Shown: one piece after another, positions 13,868 through 27,838 of the stretch
How positions within the stretch are numbered: position 1 is the stretch's first letter
Layout of the letters: each line of letters opens with the position of its first letter
Source of the DNA: Lobosporangium transversale
Taxonomy: Eukaryota
Assembly (NCBI RefSeq): GCF_002105155.1
Contig: NW_019028995.1
Coordinates: 248,001-312,000 of the forward strand
Reading direction: 5' to 3'
Length of the DNA stretch: 64,000 nucleotides
Made by a program: the position numbers and the translations under genes
Notes under the pieces: model-generated
What the model was told of the DNA's origin: nothing
The model's input: the letters and a program-made list of their open reading frames with translations, nothing else
Database searches by the model: none

Positions 13868-16405
13868 ATGAATCCTGAAAGCGAAGAACTCTATCCTATC
13901 GCGATCTTGATAGATGAACTGCGTCACGACGATGTCAATCTTCGTTTGAATGCTATCAAAAGACTGAATACCATCGCCCTGGCACTCGGTCCACAGCGTG
14001 CTCGAGAGGAATTGATCCCTTTCCTAGATGGTACAAAAAAAAAAAGAGGATCTAAAAAAGAGCATTGGTTTGAATTAAGCTCACGCTTCCTTTTTTTTAA
14101 CATCTCGTTTGAATTTTGCCTTCAGAATCTATCGATGACGAGGATGAAGTTTTGCTAGCTTTGGCTGGGGAGCTTGGTGACTTTGTAGAGTACATTGGAG
14201 GGGCGCAATATGCTCATATTTTGTTGCAGCCCCTGGAGAATCTTGCTGCAGTTGAGGAAACAATGGTTCGCGACAAGGTACTAATAGTGCCCTGCATTGC
14301 CAACACTCAGCGCTCTGTGTTCATAAAGATATTGAAGCGATGTTAACCTGGATGCGCTATGACTTTTCTTTCGTGTGTATGGCTAGGCGGTTGAGTCACT
14401 GAATAAGATCTGTCCATTGTTAACCCAGGCCCAGTTGGAGCAATACTATATTCCTTTGCTTAAACGTCTTACTTCGGGTGATTGGTTTACGAGTCGCACC
14501 TCTGCAACTGGTCTCTATGCATGTGGTTATCCATTGGTTTCGTCAGCCCACCAAGAAGAGATGCGCAAGTAAGAAACTTCATAGTTTTAGTTATCGTAAC
14601 ACAGCATAGTATTGCGATTTCAAGTCTAACGCACCAACTATTGTTTATCATGGTTTGCTTTCCTTATAAACAGGGCTTTCAGCCAGCTTTGCATGGATGA
14701 TACACCCATGGTTCGTCGAGCGGCGGCCACACATCTTGGGGTAAGAGCTATTCTCGAAAATAATTGGCATCGTTTTGGTCATGTATTTATCTACGATTTC
14801 TAGCTATTTATCTTTATGATCAACTGTATTTAATTCTTTCTTTTCTTTTCATATATTTCTTCCTAAATTCCAGACATTCTCCAAAAAACTCAGCAAGGAA
14901 CATCTTATTTCGGACATCATTCCTCTCTTCAATAAATTGGCACAGGACGAACAGGACTCAGTACGTCTGCTGACAGTGACCGATCTTGTTGCTATTGCAG
15001 AGCAACTCTCGCCTGAAGAATGCAAGGTCTACTTTCTGCAAACGCTCAAGACTATGGTTGCAGATAAATCGTGGAGAGTTCGCTACATGATCGCTGACAA
15101 CTTTGTCAAGGTAAAAAGAATGGCTTGATCACACTCTTGTATCGACATGGACGGCTGCTGATAACCATGGGTAGTGATGTGAATATTGGCGCTCAACGGT
15201 CATGCTAACACCAAAGTATTTATCCTACATGTTGGAATGCTGCCTATAGCTGAGTACTGCTGTAGGACAGGAGATTACACGTGAAGACTTGGTTGTGGCT
15301 TTCGTCCGTTTATTAAAGGATAATGAGGCAGAGGTCCGCACAGCTGCTTCTGGACAAGTCCCTGGTGAGTTTATAAAAAATATAAAGAATCAGACTATTT
15401 GTTTGCTCAGTACTATGGAAAACTAGAAAATGTCTCTAATTCATGATTTGATGCCGTGTTTTCAGGATTCGCTAAATTGGTGGACCAGGACACTATTTTG
15501 AACTATATCTTGCCTTGCGTCAAGGACCTTGTGACAGACACCTCACAACATGTCCGTGCAGCCTTGGCGATGCAGATTAGCGGTTTGGCGCCCATTCTCG
15601 GCAAAGAGGCGACGACAGAGCATTTGTTGCCCTTGTTCCTTCAGTTACTAAAGGATGAATTCCCGGATGTACGACTCAACATCATTTCCAAGCTTGAGAC
15701 CGTGAACCAGGTCATTGGAATCGAGCTCTTATCTCAATCTCTTTTACCCGCTATTGTGGAGTTGGCAGAGGACAAACAATGGCGCGTGCGTCTGGCAATC
15801 ATTGACTACATACCACTTTTGGCCACGCAATTGGGCGTCCAATTTTTTGACGAGAAGCTGGGAGCACTATGCATGTCATGGCTGGGCGACAGTGTCTTTT
15901 CAATCCGAGATGCTGCTACAGTTAACCTGAGGAAGCTCACAGAGGTTTTTGGCGTAGAGTGGGCAGAACATGCCATCATTCCTAAAGTCCTTGCAATGGG
16001 GACGCATCCCAATTACTTATATAGAATGACCACCATCTTTGCTATTACGGTAGGCTTGCAACCCAACCACTTCATTATTTTGCTATTTTCCATGGCCACT
16101 TTCTCATTTTATTTTTATTTTTATTTTTTTCTTGATTAAATTAGGCGATGGCATCAGCCGTAACACCAGAAGTGATCCGCGACTATATCTTGCCAACTGT
16201 TACGAATTTGGTGTCAGATCCTATTCCCAACATTCGCTTCAACGTTGCTAAATCCATAGAGGCCCTTATCCCTGTGCTTTCGCAGAATCCAGACACGAAA
16301 CCTCTGGTTGAACAGCAACTCAAACCAGCCTTGGTTAAACTCAGCGAGGATCCTGACAACGATGTCCGCTTTTTCTCTCAGAAGGCGCTCTTCTCTGCAC
16401 AATAG
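13868..16405 (+). CDS. TPD3: Protein phosphatase 2A scaffold subunit A (HEAT repeats); 8 exons
   Basis: Exons 13868-14030, 14126-14277, 14387-14568, 14674-14740, 14874-15110, 15250-15364, 15466-16049, 16145-16405. [53 protein letters not shown]. Confidence 0.98.
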
Positions 16406-16848
16406 CTATGAAGGGCGAAGTAACGATCAAGAAAGTAAAAAGGAGGCATATTTTTTAAACATGGGCATGGAATGTCGTTTTTGCTTTTATCAGGGTTCAG
16501 GGTTATCAGGGTTCAAAATTTTTCAAAACAAAACAACCAAGCTTTATCAACAATTAAATAAAGAAAAAAAAAAAAAAAAAAAAAAAAAAGAGTAGCAAGA
16601 TGTAGATTTAGACATCGTTTAGGAGCGCATATTATTCCCACACAATAAAGGGAGAGCTTGATACATAACAAAACCACAAAACCACAAACCACGCAAGATC
16701 ATAAGGCTATTTTGGATTTTCAGGATTATGCGCAGAGCATTGATGTCAAGCATCAATCGCAGCTTTTTTACAAGAATAAATGTTTAGTCCAATTGGCCAA
16801 AGAGTTATTGTTTTATAAATCTGATTGTAGTGAGATATCAAAAATGGA

Positions 16849-16879
<31 letters not shown>

Positions 16880-16963
16880 CTGCATTATTTAAGAGACCCT
16901 TTCTCTGAAAGAGAGCAAAGAGCAGCAAGATGATAGATGGACTATGGCATGATAGGAGCGCAG

Positions 16964-18571
16964 CTAAAGGGGAACATTGCTAAACTCTGAGGGACGTCCA
17001 TCTGCGAGATGAGCCAAAGGAGGGAGGACAGACGAAGGGGGCATAGCACCATTCAAAGAATTCTTGGTTGTGCCCAAGTGTTGACTGTTCTGAGAGCTGG
17101 TACTAGACTGGCGTGACAAGGCTGCAGCGCCAGCGCCAGCACTGACGGTTGCAAGAGGCGAAGGACCAGAACCAGCGCTAGGAGCGGCTGTTCCAGGAGC
17201 ATAGAAGCCCTGAGCAGCATCCTTCACCAGTGCCATGAAGGACTCATGCCTAAACGCTGTACGAGGGGCCTCATCCAATTCGGGAGCGCCAGACATGGGC
17301 TGCTCCTCAATGGTGCGACGTTTCTCACGGCGTCGGTAAACACCAAGAGCAACGAGGCCTGCAAGAGCTACAGAAGCAACGACAGCACCAAGGATGGCGC
17401 CCAGCGAGGAGCCAGAATCACCAGACATTGTAGTGCTAGTAACTCCCGCAGCCAGGTCAGAATTTGGCTGAGGAGAAGTCGTAGGATCAACAACACCTGG
17501 TGGATTACCCTGCACGTTATCAGGGTTGTTGTTGCTAGGAGGGGCAAATGGAACGGTTGGAGCAACTGGGGGAACTGGGGCGACTGGGGCGACTGGAGCA
17601 ACTGGAGCAACTGGAGCAGAGGTGGAGGTAGGGACAGTAGCAGTTGTCGTCGTTGTGCGCACGGTGGTGGGTCTTCGAGTAGGTGGTCTGGGTCTGAGCG
17701 TAGGCGAAGGACTGGGTTTGGGACTGGGTTTAGGCCTCTGTGTTGGTCTGGGTTTCGGATCACTGGGTCTCGTGGGCTTGGGCTTGGGCTTGGGCTTGGG
17801 CCTGGGGTTCCTACCGTGATGGGGATTCCTACCGCGATGGGGATTCCTACCGCGATGAGGATTCCTGCCGCGATGGGGATTTCTGCCGCGGTGGGGATTT
17901 CTACCACGGTGTCTGCCATGGTTAGGGCGGCTAGGCTGACGGTGCTGGACCCCAACCTCATCATCGCCGACGGCTCGCGCAAAGAGCTTAACATTGTTGG
18001 AATGTGATGAGTAACGGTCCTGCTCCTCTGTCACGTCGAGAACTCTCTTGAAAAAATAGACATCGGATTGATAGTTGGGTTGCTGAGGTTTAATTGTCAA
18101 GTCTTTCTTGATGATATTGATAGAACGGTCGGCCGAAGCTATGAATTTCAATAGTATGCATTATGAAGAGTTAATTAGAGCGAAACAAAAAAAGAACTAG
18201 CCTCCCTTTTAGCTTTCAAAATAACCATGACCATTTTTAATGTTATGCATAGATTGATGCATGACCCCTTAAAAACCGTTTTTTTTTTTTTCCTCTGCAC
18301 GAAAAGTTAATGTTAAACAGGAACATTCCCTCTGGAGGATGTTATGTCGCATAAGCTATTCCCAGCGACAAAGTTCCTGCACGCATGGCTGACTTTGTAG
18401 ACGAATAAATAGCATCACCTTTCGGTTTGCACGGAATAAGAAGAGAGCCAGCTGGGAAGATGTGCTAATTTTTATATTAATATATTTTGTAATTGTATAT
18501 CAATGCTTACCTCCGTGGGATGTAGCCAGGTAAAACAGGGCCACTGTCTGGATTGCCCAAGAAATTCTCAT
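16964..18571 (-). CDS. Signal-peptide, single-pass membrane protein with HRGRNP, PK and APV repeats and Pro/Thr stalk
   Basis: Exon 1 18571-18511 (MRISWAIQTVALFYLATSHG) splices in phase to 18138-16964; TM segment LGAILGAVVASVALAGLVALGVY followed by RRREKRR. Confidence 0.8.
17560..17911 (-). repeat. Coding tandem repeats: 18-bp HRGRNP units, 6-bp PK units, 9-bp APV units
   Basis: ggggattcctaccgcgat-like 18-mers about 17805-17911; (gggctt)4 about 17774-17797; ggagcaact-like 9-mers about 17560-17617. Confidence 0.9.
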
Positions 18572-19077
18572 TGTAAAATTGATGATTACTTTTATCGGGC
18601 AGTAGGCGTTTTTTTTTTTTAGTTTGAATATTTGAATATTATCTAATCGCGACAGAATACAAACAAAATTCAAGTGTGATCTCGTTAGTTTTAATAAAGG
18701 TTCCTGAACTGACTGTTGCAGAAAGAAAGAGAGAGAGAGGGAGAGAGAGAGGAAGCTGAACAAATGTAATGGTGCAGAGAGAAGAAAATTGTTTATGGAT
18801 TCAAATCGTTGTTGGGATTCTGAAGCTTAAAAGACATTCAAGCAAGTAAATTGCATGTAAGCTGCTTACATGTTGTAGGATGGGTATGTTAGTGTGCTTT
18901 GATTCCGTCTTTTCTTCTCTTTTTTTTCTTTCTGCTAGATTATTTATGTTAAGGACGTGTAATGGATTGATGTTGGTTGTTATGGTTGGAGTTTTCACTA
19001 TGCATTGGGGGGAATGCCGAAGACTAAGTGGTGGATTAATGGAAATTAGGAAGAGAAATGAGCTGATGGAGATGAAC

Positions 19078-19165
19078 GGATGGAGGATGGAGGATGAAGG
19101 ATGGAGGATGGAGGATGGAGGATGGAGGATGGAGGATGGAGGATGGAGGATGGAGGATGGAGGAT
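19078..19165. repeat. Heptamer microsatellite (GGATGGA), about 12 copies
   Basis: Seen directly; one ggatgaa variant unit. Confidence 0.95.
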
Positions 19166-20199
19166 AGGAAGGGAGGGAAAGGTGGGGGAGGGTAGACAGC
19201 GGAGAGGAAGGGGATGCGTGGGTTCGCAACGGACGGGGCAGTTAGCTGGGAAGGGGGTGAGGGGAACCAGAAAAGAAGGAAGGCACAAAGAAACAACTTC
19301 AGCAATGCTGGCGACCTAAAAAAAAAAAAAAAAAAAATCAACACAACAGTCAAGGCATGTCATGCAAAAATCAGGCACGCTTCGTCTGACCCACTACCAT
19401 TTACCAGATGGCCATAGGCATGGATTCCATGTACTTACTACAGAACAGTACGGTACTCTTTCTTCTCTCTCTTACCTTGCTCTCTTTCTTTTTTCCCACT
19501 TTCGCCCTGACTGTCAAGTGTTCGTGGGTGCCAAAAGCAAAAGCACCCCCGAAGTTGTACATGAATATAACTTGAACACAAATCAAATTAGTGCTTCTCA
19601 TTTTATTTTTATTTTTACTTTTATTTTTCTAATCATTCATGAGAGCCTTTAATAAGTTTTTTCCCTCACCTTGAAATCCGTCACACACACATAAACAACA
19701 CCTCAGGACTTCGTTGTTGTTCTTATTCGCTCAAACATGGATACATGTATATCATTCAGACCTTTTTCATCTTGATCATTTTACCACAACCATCTCTTCC
19801 AATAGTGAACAAAAGTTTCTCTCTCCATTTCATGCCAGACAAAGATTATCACATTTTATTTATCTTTTAATGTTTTAGTTTGCCGTGCTCATTTATTCTA
19901 ATGTCTCTTTGTCTGTTAGTCTGTGCCTATTTAGACATTTTTAGACAGGGAATAACTAGACTACTAACAATTAACAATTAATCAATAAGAATGAAATGTC
20001 GACTAGTTTCTTGGCTGTTTCTTGCAATATTTGAAGCGAACACAAAAAAAAAAGAAAAAAGTTACCATGCACAATGTGATATAGCTTTGAAAGGGTGGAA
20101 GAAAGTCAGGCACTCCGTACCTATCGAAATATACTTTCCATTAAAACCCCATCCAACTCACCTAATATCTATCACTGCAATCGTGTGGTGTAAAGGCGG

Positions 20200-23100
20200 A
20201 AACATAGAAGTGTGATATTATACCGATGGCATGTAAATTTTGATTGTGATAATGTTTTTTGGAGCCCTCTCGAAACCTTGTTTAAATGGGTTTGAGCCTC
20301 CAATTGTTACATATTCCCAAGCTTTTGGAAATAAAGCTTTCCGTCTTCTGGGAAATAATGTCCCTTTCCTATTGGATATCTTGATAGGAGGCCGGTTCAC
20401 TTACACGTTGACCAAGCCAGAGCCGGTTATGATCGTCGTCGCTACAGGACGGTACTTTCTGATCTATCGAACTTAACCTCAGCATTTCATAACACGCTTA
20501 GATTGAAAGCTCTGTTTTCCTGCTTCGTTTGTTACGTGTCTTCGTTCTTCATGGCAGCTTTCCCAATGAAAATTTGTCCAATTCAAGGTCCTACTATAGC
20601 CCCCTACTGGGCAAAAGATGAGGACTATATATTCTTTGCCGCCGGCAGCCCTTCCGCTCCGCCTCGTCTTGGTAGCGGCATATGCTAATAAAGCCATCAC
20701 AATGCTGTTCGTACAAATAGGTTGAGTACAATCACTTAAAAGCCCATCCACTGCTTTCCTTAACCATCCATCCCTCGCTTTATAGTCATCGGTTCTCGGC
20801 AGAACCAAACCCTTTTGGATTCAAAATGCAGCCTGGGTTCAGTGGGTGAGCATTGCTCTGTTTACTAAAGTCCATGAGGCATAAAAGTAATGGGTAATTT
20901 ACCCACCTGTACCCTTGAATGTGTACCACGCTTAGAGGATGGGCCTCAATAGTTTTCACGATACAACGTTTGATCGAAGAGTCGCATCAGAGCTCATCGA
21001 CATCTCAACATTTTCGCAGAGTGGTCCCAAGGTGCTTGTTCACATTAGTTTACTGGACACGCTTGTACGGTGTTAGCACTAGCATTGCAGAAACTAAGGA
21101 AAATGAGCAAGTATCCAAGACGTCAGAGGCGTCTAGCCATTGAGATGAAGGATCTTTTTGGCAACAGCCTCATGACAACACACGAGGACGGATCATTGAG
21201 CGAAGAAAAAGCGAGGGCTCGACATCAAAGATCAGAGCAAATGGACCAAGCCTATATAAAGAAAGGACATTGATCTGATGATCGTGGAGTGTAGATCCAC
21301 CAAAGGTGTATGGGTGTCCTGTCTAGTTATGCGACACATAAACAAAGGGCTACAGAATATCTACGTGATTTCTAAGAGTCATACACATGTATCAAGGTGC
21401 ATATCAAGAAGTATCAAAAATCATGATTAGTGGTGGTGCAGAACCTTTCAGATATCCCAGCATCTCGATGAAGCCTTACGCAATCCTCTTGGAGACATTG
21501 AGACATAACCCGCACAAAACTTCTTATACCGCAGTGGCCCATGCCCTTGTAAATAGCACTGCTCTGACCTTTCTTTCTTTCTTATTTTTTTTTTTTTTTT
21601 TTTTTTAGACTTTAATGTCCAAAATGGCTAGGATAGAAAAAGGCACAGTTGAACGAGCACTTCAGTGAATACAATGAACTGGAGAGGAAATATACGCATT
21701 CCCTGTTCTGACGCTAGTTGCCACGATCGATGTTCTCATTCGAACTTGGATGCCCGAAATATTGTAATCTGACAAACGTCTTGAATATACAGGCGAAGCG
21801 CGCCGTATTAGGGCGAAAAGGGCCACTAGTCCGGAAGTTGTTCTATAACGTGGACATAAAAGATGACTGCTATAATAAAAAGGCAAGGATAATACAAACC
21901 GAGATCCAAGCCATGCTGCACTTTATTGAACTTGTTCTACACAATCGTCACTGGTAGATTGGCCGCAACATGTATGAAGTGATTGAACCTATTCAATATA
22001 TACTTTTCTTTTTCTTTTTTTAAACCTTCTGGTGCCGTTTACCAAGGATGGCAAAGTTATGACCTATTTGGCATTCATGTGTTCCTAGCTGAGAACTATC
22101 AAACTACAAAGTTTTTAGCGGGCTATTGGTAAGCATACTATGTATATCTATCTTCAGTTGACGCTAAAGCCCTCTCTCAGGCTCTCCAGTCCATTTTTTT
22201 TTTTTTTCCTTAAACTATTCCCTAAATTTGATATTGAGCGTTAGTTTGTTGGTTATCAAAAGTGTTCCGAAAACAGACGAAGAAGGTAAAATTAGCCAAC
22301 AAATCAGGGCAACAAAAATCAGGAAGGTTAAGTAGGCAGACTCTCGAGAGATTATAAATGTTTTGAACAGTACATGTACATGAACTTCTCTCATACCAAG
22401 ATCATGGCCGTATAAACGATATCTACATGTTAACGAAGTAACATCTTTCACACTGATACATTGACGAAAGTAAAGAGCTACCTCAAGTTCTAATAACCTA
22501 GAGCCTGATGATGCTGGATCGTATCCATGAATTCCATCTATGAATTTTACTATAGTCTGGTCTAATGTGGCAATGGCTTTCATGTTGGTCCACGATCCTT
22601 CAGAAGTCTACAACGGAAATCGATGGAGAATTTCATTTGGTCGTCTTGCTTTTTATCTCTTTCATTTGCACTTGCTGTCCGCTGAGAAAGCATCATACAG
22701 TGGAATCTCGATAATTGTACACTTTTGTACAAATTTCAAATTTGATATATTTCTAGGCCATTGGTTGGCTAAGAGCCTTACTCTTTTAAAAAAAAGTATT
22801 CAAAAAAACCCACACTCAACTGGAGTAGAGGAATCAGCAGAGGATTTTTAGAATAGTTTTTCATGAATTGTGGGCTTCTTAGCCAATCAATAACCGAGAA
22901 ATATAGCAAATTCGAAAATTGTACAAAAGTGTACAATTATCGAGATTCCACTGTATATACTTTTTATATTTATATATATTTATATACAGTACATGTATAT
23001 GTTATGGAGTTCAAACTTTAGATTTAGTATGGATGTCTCCCGCGTTATCAAATTTAAAAGAGCGGCCAAGTATAGTGTGTTCGGGGTGCGGGCTTTTTTG

Positions 23101-24250
23101 TCTTTCAAATAGGACGGGCAAAGTTTATGAGAATGAACAAAATTGACACAGAAACGGCATGTACTTGTCTGTAGGTGAGCACAGTCGCTGACAAAGGTTG
23201 CAATGTGGGTGTGGAATAGAAGCTTCCGTCTTTCTCCACAGATTGTCATTATGTTTATACTGTAAATAAATAGCTCAAAGCATAGTGGAATTTCCGACCC
23301 ATCACTTGGCTGCACTTCATGTATTATGATTGAGGCAATGGCTGGATGGTCCGAGTATCGACTAGATTACGATAATTGAACGGCGATCCACTGCGGTCAA
23401 CCGGGGAAGACGAAAAAAAAAAAAAAAAAAAAAAAAAGAGAGCCTCTGCCACAACAACTCCTCATCGCAAGATGATAAGCTTTTCCGTCCGTTCAAGTGG
23501 AAAGGAGCACTATGAGGCCTACCAGCCTACCAAAGACAAGACAACGGCATCCTCCTTTCTTTTCAGGAACGATTTGCCTCTTTTAGCGATTTTGGAATGT
23601 GGGGGAAGGCTGGGAAGCGGATCTCGCGTGGCTCCGATACTGACATTCATGTGTTTGGATCAATCACTACGAGCCATACGTGATGTTTATTGTTTTGATG
23701 TGCGAGAACGTGGGGAAATTAGCAACACACGCGTCAATGTGGGGTAGAACCAAGCTACTTCATAATAAGCACTGGCCAATAGCTCGGTTATAGCAAGAGA
23801 AAACGAGAGAGCTATTCGTTCAAAATAGTCCTCAGACTTATCAAATCCATATTGGTAGACCAATAGCAAGTGTTGTTCAGGAACCAGTTAAAAGGATGGT
23901 ATTTCTTTATAGATGACATAGTGGTGAATTGACTGGACTGTAACCCGATAGTATATATAATGATTAACGTCTTACTGCATCATGTCAACTGTTGTCTATT
24001 GTCGGGCAAAGATGAGTTGATGCTAAAATAGCACTCAGACATGATTACTTTTTGCAAGATGAAACGAGGCGTTATCATCGTTGAAAGTTGGGAAACAAGA
24101 TAAAAGCGAATATTGCTAGCGGAGATCGGGCATTGAACAGTAGACCGCGATTGATATAAGCTTCAGCGAACCTGGGTACATGCCCTCTCTTTTCTGTTCA
24201 AAGCGGCCATCTCGCCCTGATCCTTCCGACGATGAGAAAGAGCTTTAATT
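20200..24250. pseudogene. Zone of decayed coding or transposon-derived sequence
   Basis: Coding-like composition, many short ORF fragments, no intact spliced gene could be built; hosts a MITE. Confidence 0.3.
22698..22953. mobile_element. MITE, Tc1/mariner-pogo-like non-autonomous element (256 bp)
   Basis: TIR CAGTGGAATCTCGATAATTGTACACTTTTGTACAA and its exact reverse complement at the right end; TA on both sides (22696-22697, 22954-22955); arms stay imperfectly complementary further inward. Confidence 0.92.
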
Positions 24251-24528
24251 GCGATGATAATGTGATGCTGGCTATTGTTTATTCAATCTATTCAATAGCG
24301 CAAATGCTGAGCCAAACAACGTTGGGGAGGCTCGATCTATTCAAATAAATATCGCTCCACACCAATGTCCCTCGCTCTTTTTCTCTCTCTTTCATTCCTT
24401 CATCAACTATTTCTTCTTAGGCCCTCATCTCCATCTCATTCCTCTCGGCTCTTCTCATTCTTTTCAATTCTTCTGCTCCATTCCGAAATCTCTCGCCTTC
24501 GTTCACAGCAAACAATAAGTTTATCACA

Positions 24529-27157
<2,629 letters not shown>

Positions 27158-27838
27158 AATAACTTTGCATTATCCTTATGACCAGTACGCATTTAATATA
27201 TATCTTTGGCAACTTGTTCATTCCATCAGTCTTTCTTCATTATTCATTCATTCATTCACACCACCTCATCATTTATAATAACGATCGTATAATAAATTAT
27301 TTATTTAAAAAAAGGACCTTTTTGGTTGCATGATTTAAGATCATGTGACGAAACTATATTCACAGTATTTGATCCCGGTTTCTTTGAGAAATGTGTGCTT
27401 TTCCCTCTCGAAATTTTCATTAAAGGTGCGCGCCCAAACTGTATGTCCACCGATTGAATAGGCGTGGACTATTCATTTAGCGACTGTAACAGTATTCCAG
27501 CCAATCACATCCACCAAGCTAGTGGCTGCTGACCCAATACATCCATTGCTATCATTCAGGCATCCATCATCATTACGGGATTCATCCATTATTCCTAGGA
27601 GACATCCTGAGCCAGTATTTAAATATGGCACGCAAATCATCATCCATTTGGATCCATGGATACTGAATTAGCTATTATTGGGACACAGTGGCTGACTGGA
27701 GCACCTTTTTATTTTTTATTTTTTATATTTATTATTTTTTGAGGAAAGGGAACTAAAGGGAAATGAACAGTTAGTAATTAACATCTCGAATCTCGATTGC
27801 TCTACATCCACTCTCGCTTACGACCTTTTCAACAGGCA

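Noticed and set aside
17805..17911. 18-bp repeat array as CRISPR
   Set aside because: Tandem units without spacers, in-frame coding, eukaryotic context
17246..18007. Long antisense and alternate-frame ORFs over the repeat protein
   Set aside because: Shadow ORFs produced by GC-rich coding repeats
18801..19353. ORFs with PPSSILH / MEDGGWR repeats
   Set aside because: Translations of the GGATGGA microsatellite
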